From an uncultured Gammaproteobacteria bacterium (GTDB lineage Bacteria > Patescibacteriota > Microgenomatia > Levybacterales > UBA12049): a DNA stretch of 64,000 bases. The notes under the pieces were generated by a model. The model was given only the letters and a program-made list of their open reading frames with translations. It had not been told where the DNA came from and searched no databases. The stretch lies in contig CAZEJU010000002.1 of assembly GCA_964512695.1 (NCBI GenBank), positions 76,233 to 140,232 on the forward strand, given 5' to 3'. This document shows, one piece after another, positions 21,510 to 31,419 of this stretch (position 1 is the first letter of the stretch; every line of letters begins with the position of its first letter). A program made the translations under genes and the position numbers.

Positions 21510-21690
21510 TCTTAATCTCCTCTGTAAAAGTTCAGCCGCGCGAATGCGGCATGGAGTCACCGGCCCTCGTGCCGGTAACAGAAAAATAGTATAGCAAAGA
21601 TAGCCTATAGTGGCAAGTTCTGGCTGTAAATATTGTGGTGATGAATTGGTATTTGATACACAAGTATCATGGTGAAATAGTGGGTTATTT

Positions 21691-23082
21691 TTAGTGTGGC
21701 TGTACTGTATTCTGCAGATACATAGCTTTTAAGTAGGCTATGTGGTTGTTTGTCAGAGATGTTAAGATTGTTCCGCCTGCTGTGAACGCGTGAGTTACGT
21801 CATCTAGTGATCCATATTTTTCGAGTGCGACCCGTCCTTCTCCGCCTCCTACATAGGTTTTAATACCTGCTAGTGTCATCTGTTTTAGTAATGGTATAAA
21901 TTCTTTTGTACCATTCTCGAACAGAGGATCTTCAAATTTTCCAAATACACCATTGTGGAACATGACATATGGTGTTTGAGCGGTCTTGCTTTCTTCTATA
22001 TAGGAACGAATTTTTTCTGCAAAAAGTTTTCGTGTTTCAGGGCCGATATCTAGTTGCGTTCGACCTTCAGGGATAGTTTTACTAGCCTCGCCATTTTCTA
22101 ATATAAAATCGACAGGGAATACGACATCAATATTATTATCTTGGCATATTTGCATAATTTCTTTAGCTTGGTCAAATCGTTTCGGCTCTACATACGCTTC
22201 ACTAGCAGGATCATTCTCAGCAGCCCCTGCAGAAAACTCCACTCCTTCAAGTTCGCTCTTCGCTTTTAGTAACGGCATAGCTAACGCCCCAGCAGTAAAG
22301 ATCAGTTTAAGATTTCCTCTTTCGACCATACCTTCTAAGTCATCCAATTTATCCATTTTTATACCACTCATAACGACGAAGTTTGCGTTTCTAACATTCC
22401 GGATATGTGTCTGCATCTCGTCAGCTATGTAAAATCCGAGAGCTGTTTTTTTCATCAGTAGGGGAATTGCGACTGAAGAAAAATCCACGTTTGATGCTGC
22501 GATAGCCTCGTTAATCTCAACTTGAGTTAGCCGGTCACTTATATCTTTACTCACAGTGTACATTTTTTCACTGATGGCTGGGAATGTTTCTTCTGTCGCT
22601 TTCCACAGCGCTCGTTCCATATCATATTTTCTGGTATTCTCTAAAAGGAAAATACTTTTTGGCTCAGCTGATTTTACTTTCTCTACTACATCATCGGTCA
22701 GTTTATTTTTAGCTTCATCAAGCCATTCAGGAATAAATGTTACAGGAAGGCTAGTATAATCGCTAATTGCTTTAACTATTGGAAGTGCTGTGTTCGTTTT
22801 ATCTCGTCCTACATGGCCGAAAAGAATTGTTTTCCAACCTTTATCGTAGGTGAATTTTATTGTTTGGGCAATGGATTCTATTCGGCTCATATCTTTCACA
22901 GCCCCGTCTTTTACAGGAACATCGATATCAACCCTTATTAACACAGGCGTTCCACTTGGCAATTCAGATAACGAATCAACACGCGGAATAGCGTCGAGTA
23001 ATGTCTCTAAAGGAAGATTGTTTATCTCGGCATCTTGGGCAAAAATTTTGTGGAGAAGGGTATTAAATGATTGAAAATCCAT
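21691..23082 (-). CDS. pgk: Phosphoglycerate kinase, divergent
   Basis: RVDIDVP, GHVGR, LLENTR, LDIGPET, NGVFGKFE, TAGG. Confidence 0.85.
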   Translation of the reverse strand: MDFQSFNTLLHKIFAQDAEINNLPLETLLDAIPRVDSLSELPSGTPVLIRVDIDVPVKDGAVKDMSRIESIAQTIKFTYDKGWKTILFGHVGRDKTNTALPIVKAISDYTSLPVTFIPEWLDEAKNKLTDDVVEKVKSAEPKSIFLLENTRKYDMERALWKATEETFPAISEKMYTVSKDISDRLTQVEINEAIAASNVDFSSVAIPLLMKKTALGFYIADEMQTHIRNVRNANFVVMSGIKMDKLDDLEGMVERGNLKLIFTAGALAMPLLKAKSELEGVEFSAGAAENDPASEAYVEPKRFDQAKEIMQICQDNNIDVVFPVDFILENGEASKTIPEGRTQLDIGPETRKLFAEKIRSYIEESKTAQTPYVMFHNGVFGKFEDPLFENGTKEFIPLLKQMTLAGIKTYVGGGEGRVALEKYGSLDDVTHAFTAGGTILTSLTNNHIAYLKAMYLQNTVQPH

Positions 23083-23084
23083 AC

Positions 23085-24449
23085 TTACTCTGTAACGTAT
23101 TGCTTAACAGTATCCATAGTTCCCTCAATTTTCAGTTCGTCATAGATCTTTCCTATATACTCTTCAAGCGCATGAATAATAGGTTTCTTTTCTGCTTCTG
23201 ATAAGTGCCAAAGCTGTTTTTTAAATGGTCCCCATGTCTTTTTTCGTACTTTATAGAGAAATTGATTTTCAGTCCATCCAGTGGCCCATTCATCCTTTAA
23301 TTCTTTCTTCGCCCACTCATACATTTCATCTCTTAAAGCTGCAGGCATTGTGTCGAATACGATGTTCTGAAAACCTGTAGATAGATGAATTTCTGCTGTG
23401 TGCGATTTTACGAAGGTATTAAATACATCCATAGGAAGAGTAGAAGCCCCATGCTGTACTGGCCCTGCCAAATGATATTTTTCTTTCGCAACTTTTCCTA
23501 TTGATTCAAGAACTGAAAAATCAACTGGCATTTTTTGTACTTCCCCTGTAGAGCTGATAACTCCACCATGGCTAGTTCCTGTTTGAACGCTTACCTTACT
23601 TATACCGCTTCCACGAGGAATTTTATTAAGATACTGATGCATAAAAGCTTCAAAATCTTCAACAGTACTATTCTTCTCTCCGATATGCCCGATCTCTCCA
23701 CCTATAACGATAGGAGACGAAGCAGCGTACGGATGGTTATCTCGTTGTAATTGTGTTTCTTTTTCACGAATGAACTTCGTCATCTCAGCAGTTACATACG
23801 CATTCTCATGTTGTTGTGCTGTTAATGAAGGCTTACTTAAATCGACAAGTGTAGATCCATCAATATCGATGTTCCTAAAGCCAGCTTCTAATAAAATCGT
23901 AACCCAGTCTCTTAGTCGCTGTAATTCTTGTTCTTTGTCGGATGAAAATCTTTTTAAGCTAAATTGACAATGATCTCCTTGGATAAAAACAGGACCTTTG
24001 TAATTTTCCCGTAATGCAGCGCCTAAAATAACTGCTGCAAATTCATCTGGATGCTGATCTGTATACTCACTTTCTGTTTTCGCAATTTCAATAATTAATG
24101 CTCCAGCCTTTTTCTTTTGTGCTACCCGAAACATTGCGCGGGCAGTATCATACGCCATCATGCGGATATTCATTGCGGGAACAGTAAAACCAGACACTTT
24201 CTGTTCTCCTAAAGCCTGATAAAGCGGGCGAATAGATGCGGAAGAGGCATCGAGATTTTTCGATAATCCATGAATAATACGGCGAGCTTTCGCTTTTAAA
24301 GAATCATCTGAACCGAAAACTGAAGTATAGACTAGTTTATCAATCATCTCGTGTGTAATTTTATCCGGGTGAGTTATATCGAAGGAGTCGTCATGAAGAG
24401 CAATAGCATGATGAAGTTCTATTTTTAAGTCGTTTAGATTTTTAAACAT
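23085..24449 (-). CDS. Class II fructose-bisphosphate aldolase-like (start MFKNLN at 24449)
   Basis: VPAMN, QGDH, IDGS, GEIG, GTSHGG, VQHGAS. Confidence 0.85.
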   Translation of the reverse strand: MFKNLNDLKIELHHAIALHDDSFDITHPDKITHEMIDKLVYTSVFGSDDSLKAKARRIIHGLSKNLDASSASIRPLYQALGEQKVSGFTVPAMNIRMMAYDTARAMFRVAQKKKAGALIIEIAKTESEYTDQHPDEFAAVILGAALRENYKGPVFIQGDHCQFSLKRFSSDKEQELQRLRDWVTILLEAGFRNIDIDGSTLVDLSKPSLTAQQHENAYVTAEMTKFIREKETQLQRDNHPYAASSPIVIGGEIGHIGEKNSTVEDFEAFMHQYLNKIPRGSGISKVSVQTGTSHGGVISSTGEVQKMPVDFSVLESIGKVAKEKYHLAGPVQHGASTLPMDVFNTFVKSHTAEIHLSTGFQNIVFDTMPAALRDEMYEWAKKELKDEWATGWTENQFLYKVRKKTWGPFKKQLWHLSEAEKKPIIHALEEYIGKIYDELKIEGTMDTVKQYVTE

Positions 24450-24531
24450 ACCGTCACATATTCTATAAGAATATAGCCTTCTACGCAAGTCATATTTTGA
24501 GATAGAGAGAAAATACGATACAATATCTACC

Positions 24532-25851
24532 ATGATTCCATCAATTATTGAAGCAGAATATCCTTTACGTTTCCGTGAAGAGGACGCGATGCGCCTTGGT
24601 GAATTTCTCCGCCAGCATGAAAGTGTAGATATTATTGGCATGAAGCGTGTCGGTATTAGTAATTTTTTACGGTTTTTCCTAAACCATAGAAATATCGTTC
24701 CTACATATATTAGTAAAGAAGAGAGACATGTATTTATCGCTGTTGACCTAAATGATCTTATCGAACGAGAGATTTTTCCTTTCTGGACATTAACGTTAAA
24801 AAGAATTGTGGACAGTGTCTCTAAAATAGATATGCCTTCTGGCAAAAAAGAAGATATTGAACAGCTATTTCTCAAGACGATTCAAGCCCAAGATCATTTT
24901 CTTACAATTGATAGCGTTCGCAATGTCTTATTAAAGATCATTAATGCGGGTTATTTTCCAACACTTTTCTTTCTTAGGTTTGATCGTATGAGTGAGGTTG
25001 CGACCCCATCTTTTTTTGATAACTTGCAAGGGCTAAAAGATGCAACACATCAAAAGTTATCGTACGTCTTTACTAGCTATAGAAGTCTAGACGAGCTTTC
25101 TCCATCAGTATTTACACCAGCTTCACTTTCTCTTTTTTGCAAAAATATGTACATGAGTCTTGCTCATAGATCAGATATGGAAACTATCTATGAGACATAT
25201 GCATCGCGTTATGGATTAGAACTTCCTGTAGAGTTACAACACTCTGTCCTTAATTTAGTCAGTGGTTATGTTCAATATCTCCAGTTAAGCCTTATTATTC
25301 TTCATGAGAATAAAGATAAATTGCCTCAGAATATGCAAGAATTATTCTCTCTATTAGTTCAGGATGAAAGGATCACTCTTCAATCCGAGGAGTTGTGGGA
25401 TAGTTTACATGAAAAGGAGAGAATTATTCTTCATAAAGTAGCTGTGGGGTTAACTATTGAAGAGGCAGATAGGAAAGAAGCATCTTATCTTTGGGAAACA
25501 GGTTTTCTTATGGAAAAGCAAGAAAAGAATTATGTTTTTAGTCCTTTATTTCAAGAATACCTTGGTCAACAAGTGCAAGTAATGTATCCACAGCAGAATA
25601 GCATTCATTTTAGTCGTAAGGAGCATGCTCTTTTTACTGTTTTAGAAGCAAAGAAGGATCAAATATGCGAACGGGAAGAAATTATAGAAGCGGTATGGCC
25701 GGAATCAAAAGACTTCGGTATTTCTGACTGGGCTATAGATAGACTTATCGCCCGTGTTCGAACAAAATTACGACAGCAAAATAGCCCTTATGAAATACGC
25801 ACAATTAGGACGCGGGGATATCAACTAGTAGACAAACAGGTTTCCTCGTAG
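24532..25851 (+). CDS. Transcriptional regulator: degenerate AAA/STAND-like domain plus OmpR-type winged helix
   Basis: IIGMKRVGIS (degenerate P-loop); REEIIEAVW...IDRLIARVRTKL...IRTIRTRGY. Confidence 0.8.
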   Translation: MIPSIIEAEYPLRFREEDAMRLGEFLRQHESVDIIGMKRVGISNFLRFFLNHRNIVPTYISKEERHVFIAVDLNDLIEREIFPFWTLTLKRIVDSVSKIDMPSGKKEDIEQLFLKTIQAQDHFLTIDSVRNVLLKIINAGYFPTLFFLRFDRMSEVATPSFFDNLQGLKDATHQKLSYVFTSYRSLDELSPSVFTPASLSLFCKNMYMSLAHRSDMETIYETYASRYGLELPVELQHSVLNLVSGYVQYLQLSLIILHENKDKLPQNMQELFSLLVQDERITLQSEELWDSLHEKERIILHKVAVGLTIEEADRKEASYLWETGFLMEKQEKNYVFSPLFQEYLGQQVQVMYPQQNSIHFSRKEHALFTVLEAKKDQICEREEIIEAVWPESKDFGISDWAIDRLIARVRTKLRQQNSPYEIRTIRTRGYQLVDKQVSS

Positions 25852-25952
25852 TCTGGTTAGGGATAGACGTTTGAGAACTATGAAAGAGCTAGAGGTTTCT
25901 CACGGTTCATTGTAAAAACAACAAACTTACATTAATACAGACATTGGCAATC

Positions 25953-25980
25953 CCCGAGCTTTTCCCGACCTATTCCCGAA
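25953..25980 (+). repeat. Phased CCCGA direct repeats (11-bp period), copy 1
   Basis: CCCGA at 25953, 25964, 25975; 16 bp identical to 29055-29070. Confidence 0.6.
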
Positions 25981-26027
25981 CATCTCTTTCTTGAACCTAC
26001 TATTCATGCTATGCTACAATCAGCCTC

Positions 26028-28316
26028 ATGGATAAAGCATATAACTTTAAAGACGCAGAAGAGAAACTGTATTCTTTCTGGGAAGAAAAGGGATATTTCA
26101 AACCATCCGTCGATAATGCTCAGGATAAGAAACCATTTACAATAGTTCTTCCGCCCCCAAATGCAAGCGGGAAAATGCATACAGGGAATGTTCTTATGAT
26201 TGCGATTGAGGATTTACTTATTCGTTGGCATCGTATGAAAGGCGAGCCTACTTTATGGATTCCCGGCACAGACCATGCAGGGACAGAAACTCAGATAACG
26301 TTTGAAAAAGCATTAAAAAAGCAGGGGAAATCAAGATTCCAATATACGCGTAAGCAACTTTATGATGAGATTTGGAACTTCGTCCAGAATAATAAACATT
26401 TAATTGAGCGTCAAATACGAAGAATGGGTGCCAGTGTCGACTGGAGTCGTTATCGTTTTACTCTTGACGACCAAGTTATTAAGACTGTACATGAAACGTT
26501 TAAAAAAATGGTAAAAGACGATTTAGTATATCGTGGTAACCACATGGTGAATTATTGTACTAAATGCGGTACAACTTATGCAGATGTAGAGTTAAAACAC
26601 GAAGAGAGAACAGATCCACTTTATTATATGAAATATGGCCCTTTTATTCTCGCAACTGTAAGACCAGAGACGAAATTTGGAGACACTGCAGTCGCTGTAA
26701 ACCCGACTGATAAACGATATAAAAAATGGATAGGAAGTGAAATAGAGGTTGAAGGTTTAAATGGGAACTTCAAACTAAACGTTATTGCTGATGAATTTGT
26801 CGATCCGGCTTTCGGAACTGGGGTAGTAAAAGTGACACCAGCTCATGATAAGAATGATTATGAAGCAGGTCTTCGTCATAATCTCGAGGTTCGGCCGGTT
26901 ATTGATTTAAACGGTAAGTTAAATGATAAAGCAGGAAAGTATGCGGGACTCAGCGTCGCAGAAGCTAGAAAACAAGTTGTTGCAGATTTACAGGCAAGGG
27001 GTCTTATGGATCATATTGATGAAAAATATGTTCATACGGTTGCATTATGTAAAGCAGGGCATGAAATTGAGCCAATGGTTTTGCCTAATTGGTTTATAAA
27101 AGTAGACGCTCCTCATAAATCATTTAAAAAGCCTGCATATGAAGCCGTCAAGAATGGGACTATACGAATATATCCTCAATGGAGAGAAATAACCTATTTA
27201 CGCTGGATGGAGGAAATGCGTGATTGGCCGATTTCCCGTCAGAACGTATGGGGAATACAAATTCCTGTATGGTATGAAATAGAAAATGAGAGTCAATTTT
27301 ACGTCTGGTTTACTACCAAAGCAGGTGAATATAAACATGGTGTTTTAGGAGAACTGTTATCTAGCGAAATAACGTTTGAGGAGATTATAGAAGGTTTACA
27401 GCGCGTTACAGCAGTGTCTGGTGTAACTTGGGTCTTTGAAGACGAAAGAGAAGTAGGGAAACGATATTTACCGGAAACAGATACTTTTGATACGTGGTTT
27501 TCCTCTGGGCAATGGCCACTTGTAACGCTCGGATATCCTGATTCTGAAGATTTCAAGTACTTTTATCCTACAACCGTTTTAGAGACAGGCTGGGAAATTA
27601 TTCGTTTATGGGTTTCTCGTATGATTATGTTTGGTTATTACCTTACTGATAAACCGCCATTTGAATATGTTTATCTTCATGGTATTGTCCGCGCACTTGA
27701 TGGAAGAAAGATGAGTAAGAGCTTAGGCAACGTTATAGATCCTGAAGAATATATTAACCAGTACGGCGTAGACTCACTTCGTATGGGTCTTATCTCAGGA
27801 ACAGCTAATGGAAAAGATTTTAATTTTCCAAAAGATCGAGTTATCGCGTATAAACATTTCGCAAATAAAGTTTGGAACATGGGAAGATTCTTACTCTATG
27901 AAAGTGAAAAATCAAAAATCAAAAGTCAAAAGTTGGAAGACATAGAGAAAAGCAGGTTTACGGATGAGGACAATAAAATAATACAAGGTTTGCATAGTCT
28001 TATTAAAGAAGTTGAGGCTAATCTTGAGAAGTTTCGATTTGCTGACGCAGGAGAAGCAATCTACCAGTTTTTATGGCATGAAGTCGCTGATAAGTATATT
28101 GAACAACTTAAAAATAGGGAAGATAAGGATATCGCATTATCAGTTTTATCACATGTTTTTCTAACAAGTTTGAAACTACTTCATCCCTTTATGCCATTCG
28201 TCACAGAAGAAATCTACCAAAAAATGCCAGGCCATGGAGAGTCTATCATGATAGAAAAATGGCCAACCTTAGAGTTGCAAAGTAACAAAGTTTCAAAGCT
28301 GCAGAGAAAAGTCTAA
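26028..28316 (+). CDS. valS: Valine--tRNA ligase (lacks C-terminal coiled coil)
   Basis: PPPN..G.MHTGN, DWPISRQ, DTWFSS, KMSKS. Confidence 0.97.
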   Translation: MDKAYNFKDAEEKLYSFWEEKGYFKPSVDNAQDKKPFTIVLPPPNASGKMHTGNVLMIAIEDLLIRWHRMKGEPTLWIPGTDHAGTETQITFEKALKKQGKSRFQYTRKQLYDEIWNFVQNNKHLIERQIRRMGASVDWSRYRFTLDDQVIKTVHETFKKMVKDDLVYRGNHMVNYCTKCGTTYADVELKHEERTDPLYYMKYGPFILATVRPETKFGDTAVAVNPTDKRYKKWIGSEIEVEGLNGNFKLNVIADEFVDPAFGTGVVKVTPAHDKNDYEAGLRHNLEVRPVIDLNGKLNDKAGKYAGLSVAEARKQVVADLQARGLMDHIDEKYVHTVALCKAGHEIEPMVLPNWFIKVDAPHKSFKKPAYEAVKNGTIRIYPQWREITYLRWMEEMRDWPISRQNVWGIQIPVWYEIENESQFYVWFTTKAGEYKHGVLGELLSSEITFEEIIEGLQRVTAVSGVTWVFEDEREVGKRYLPETDTFDTWFSSGQWPLVTLGYPDSEDFKYFYPTTVLETGWEIIRLWVSRMIMFGYYLTDKPPFEYVYLHGIVRALDGRKMSKSLGNVIDPEEYINQYGVDSLRMGLISGTANGKDFNFPKDRVIAYKHFANKVWNMGRFLLYESEKSKIKSQKLEDIEKSRFTDEDNKIIQGLHSLIKEVEANLEKFRFADAGEAIYQFLWHEVADKYIEQLKNREDKDIALSVLSHVFLTSLKLLHPFMPFVTEEIYQKMPGHGESIMIEKWPTLELQSNKVSKLQRKV

Positions 28317-28360
28317 TAAAAAGTATAGCTCTGTAACTGTGGATCTTTAAATTTTATAAG

Positions 28361-28984
28361 ATGTGGATACCGCAGAAGCCGCCATATGCTAGATTTAAGA
28401 AGAAGAAGTACGCCGATGTACTGCAGACGTTTTCTTTCGTTTATCAACTCGGTGATTCTCCCATACTCCGTCAATCTTCGCAAGAAGTTGGAGATATCAC
28501 GTCAGAAGAATTTAAGGAAAAACTTGCTTATCTTAAACGTTGTCTTTCCCGATATAGGAGACTAACAGGTATGGGAGTTGGAATAGCAGCGGTTCAGGTA
28601 GGTATACCGGAACGTTTTGCTATAATCCATATGCCTACCTTTGATCAACACACGTTTATTATCATTAATCCAAGAATAGTAAAAACATCAGAAAAACAGT
28701 TGCTATATCCTGAAATGTGTATGAGCGCGCATCCTTGTATCGCGCTAGTAAAAAGATCAGCTTGGATTGAGTTTACCTATTATGATATAAAAGGAGAGGA
28801 ACAGTACTGGAACAGGAAATCAGATGATGAAGTTGGAAAACGACTGAATAGAGTATTTCAACACGAAATAGATCATATGGACGGTATTATTAATATTGAT
28901 CGTGTAGAATCTAAAGACATCATTTTTGAGTCAGATCCGCATTTTTATAAGAATGCGAAATTTGTAGAGGATACTGTTGTATGA
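28361..28984 (+). CDS. def: Peptide deformylase
   Basis: GVGIAAVQVG, EMCMS, QHEIDHMDG. Confidence 0.9.
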   Translation: MWIPQKPPYARFKKKKYADVLQTFSFVYQLGDSPILRQSSQEVGDITSEEFKEKLAYLKRCLSRYRRLTGMGVGIAAVQVGIPERFAIIHMPTFDQHTFIIINPRIVKTSEKQLLYPEMCMSAHPCIALVKRSAWIEFTYYDIKGEEQYWNRKSDDEVGKRLNRVFQHEIDHMDGIINIDRVESKDIIFESDPHFYKNAKFVEDTVV

Positions 28985-29421
28985 GACCGTCACTGCCTAA
29001 GAGTTTTTTTCCGAAAGTTACTGTAAAAGCATTTTCTCTAAGAAGAGTGGAATTCCCGAGCTTTTCCCGATTAATTACCGAATCAGTTGCTAGTGTACGG
29101 GCAACAGGGTCTTTTGCTTATGTCATCGTACTGTCTTTAGTCTTATGTCTAGCCATAGGTATAGTTCTAAAAGATATTAGAAAGAATCAGGAACTACTTA
29201 ATGCATTACAAGCGGAAAAAGAAAATCTGCTTAAGGAACGTGTTTATTGGGAAAAAACAGTTACGCGATATAAAGATTATCGAGATGGCTACTATCAACT
29301 CGCGCTTTTGGAATATCAGCTTGGGAACACTGACGCCGCAAGATCTTATGTAGATAAGGCGTTATCAATAGATCCGCAGTTTTACCAGGCGAAGTATTTA
29401 TTACAAACGATAGAGAGGTAA
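28981..29421 (+). CDS. Membrane-anchored TPR protein
   Basis: TM helix, coiled coil, YRDGYYQLALLEYQLG...ALSIDP. Confidence 0.75.
   Translation: MRPSLPKSFFPKVTVKAFSLRRVEFPSFSRLITESVASVRATGSFAYVIVLSLVLCLAIGIVLKDIRKNQELLNALQAEKENLLKERVYWEKTVTRYKDYRDGYYQLALLEYQLGNTDAARSYVDKALSIDPQFYQAKYLLQTIER
29055..29082 (+). repeat. Phased CCCGA direct repeats (11-bp period), copy 2, inside the TPR gene
   Basis: CCCGA 29055, 29066, ACCGA 29077. Confidence 0.55.
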
Positions 29422-29423
29422 TT

Positions 29424-30092
29424 TTATTTTTCTTCAGGGGCTTCTGCAGCAGCTTCTTCTCCTTCAGTTTCTTTTTTCTCTGTGATAACCTCTGGCATTT
29501 CTATCTCACCTTCTGCAGGTACTGGCTCTTCTTCTTTCATCATTTCACCAATTCTTGCTACAACCTGAGCTGCATCAGTAAGTACGGTTACACCAGAAGG
29601 AACTTTTAAGTCGGCAACGGTGATTTGTTCATCAAGAGCAGCAAGTGTTTCGACATTTACCTCAATAGAATCTGGTAATTCTTCTGGAAGTGCTTCAACT
29701 TCAATTTCAGAGAGAGGGGTAAGAAGCACGCCAACTTTTTCTGCGACAGCTTTAGGTTCGCCAGTGATGGTAACGGGAACCATACTTTTAACTTTTTCTT
29801 TAAGATTTACTTGATAGAAATCTACGTGGAGAGGTGTGCGTGTTCGGAAATTCCATTGTATATTTTTGAAAAGAACAGGTCGTCGTTCACCATCAAGCAT
29901 AACATCGACAAGTCCTGTTTCTCCAACTTCTTTATAAACAGGTTCGAAGTCAGTATATTTAACTTGGATTGCTACTGAGGCAAGAGCCTTGCCATAGATA
30001 TTTGCAGGAAGATAGCCTTCTCTACGAAGTTTTTTTACTTGTTTGCCTAAAACTGTTCGTTTTTGAACTTCTAACTTAGGATGCTGTGCCAT
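29424..30092 (-). CDS. rplY: 50S ribosomal protein L25/Ctc
   Basis: LRREGYLPANIYG, HVDFYQV. Confidence 0.95.
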   Translation of the reverse strand: MAQHPKLEVQKRTVLGKQVKKLRREGYLPANIYGKALASVAIQVKYTDFEPVYKEVGETGLVDVMLDGERRPVLFKNIQWNFRTRTPLHVDFYQVNLKEKVKSMVPVTITGEPKAVAEKVGVLLTPLSEIEVEALPEELPDSIEVNVETLAALDEQITVADLKVPSGVTVLTDAAQVVARIGEMMKEEEPVPAEGEIEMPEVITEKKETEGEEAAAEAPEEK

Positions 30093-30185
30093 AATGATAT
30101 ATTTTACTGTACTTTCGTATTATACACAAGGGTGAGATAAAAGTCAACGAACTATGGGACGTTTAAGCGTGCTATACTAGTATTT

Positions 30186-30680
30186 ATGAGGATTTTAGGT
30201 GTTGATCCAGGGATTGGGAGAACGGGGTGGGGGGTAATAGAAATTCAACATTCAAAACTCAAAACTCAAAATTTTGGATGCATAGAAACAGAGGTAAATG
30301 GACTTCTAGAACAACGGCTTCAGGCCTTGTATACTCAGTTATGCGCCATAATTAACGATGAGAAGCCAGAGGTGGTAGCAGTAGAAGAATTATTTTTTAA
30401 TACAAATGCGAAGACCGCCCTTATAGTAGGACAGGCGCGTGGTGTAGTCTTACTGGCTGCTGCACAGGCAGGCCTTACATTAGCCATATATACACCTTTA
30501 CAAGTAAAAATGGCGTTAACAGGATACGGAAGAGCAGAGAAAGCACAAATAGGACAAATGGTGAAAGTATTACTTTCGTTGCCATCTATTCCCCGACCAG
30601 ATGATACCGCAGATGCACTCGCGATAGCGATTACTCATGCTTTTTCTCACAAAATACACAGCTCATCCAAGGTTATGTAA
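30186..30680 (+). CDS. ruvC: Holliday junction resolvase RuvC
   Basis: ILGVDPG, VEELFF, DDTADALAIA. Confidence 0.97.
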   Translation: MRILGVDPGIGRTGWGVIEIQHSKLKTQNFGCIETEVNGLLEQRLQALYTQLCAIINDEKPEVVAVEELFFNTNAKTALIVGQARGVVLLAAAQAGLTLAIYTPLQVKMALTGYGRAEKAQIGQMVKVLLSLPSIPRPDDTADALAIAITHAFSHKIHSSSKVM

Positions 30681-30733
30681 GAATGTAATCTGTTTGCCAG
30701 TGTTCTTAAAAAATGTTAGAATGAGCTACCTTT

Positions 30734-31306
30734 ATGATAGCTCTGCTCAAAGGAATTGTAGCATTACGTAATGATCCGTATTTAATTATCGATGTTAATG
30801 GGGTAGGTTATAAAATCCTCGCTTCTCAGCATGTCCTTTCCAATACCACAGTGGGTGATTCTCTTAAGGTTTTTACCTATACTCATGTCCGCGAAGATAT
30901 TCTCGATCTTTATGGTTTTTCTGAACCTGAAGACTTGCGACTTTTTGAGCTACTGATAAGTGTTTCTGGAATAGGACCAAAAACAGCAATTGGTGTTTTT
31001 TCAGTAGGTTCGAGAAATGATATTATGAGAGCAATTATGAGCGGTGATGTGCAGTTTTTTACTGCTGTCCCTCGTTTAGGAAAGAAGAACGCTCAAAAAC
31101 TTATTATTGAGCTAAAAGGAAAATTGGGTAGTGGAGAAGATATAGATCTTACTACTGTTGATGGAGTTCGGGATGAGGTGATTACAGCCTTAAAAGCCTT
31201 CGGATTCTCAACACAGGAAGCAGCAACTGCAATGCGAGCCACACAAAAAGATGGAACTACGACAAGTGAGAAGATACGGTTGGCACTAAAGTATTTAGGG
31301 AAATAA
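30734..31306 (+). CDS. ruvA: Holliday junction branch migration protein RuvA
   Basis: GVGY, LYGF, VSGIGPKTA. Confidence 0.97.
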   Translation: MIALLKGIVALRNDPYLIIDVNGVGYKILASQHVLSNTTVGDSLKVFTYTHVREDILDLYGFSEPEDLRLFELLISVSGIGPKTAIGVFSVGSRNDIMRAIMSGDVQFFTAVPRLGKKNAQKLIIELKGKLGSGEDIDLTTVDGVRDEVITALKAFGFSTQEAATAMRATQKDGTTTSEKIRLALKYLGK

Positions 31307-31419
31307 AAAATTAAATAGTAAATATAAAAAATACAAATAAAATATGTTTAAAGAATAAAGTTGCTGTTATTTTTTAAATATTCACTTTATATTTTACTAT
31401 TACATCTTTGATATTTTAT

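Noticed and set aside
21546-21580. Fluoride riboswitch-like GGCATGGAGTCACC
   Set aside because: Lacks the downstream conserved pseudoknot segment and is on the wrong strand for the adjacent gene
24450-24875. 142-aa N-terminal extension of the aldolase ORF
   Set aside because: Antisense overlap with the regulator gene; true start is likely 24449
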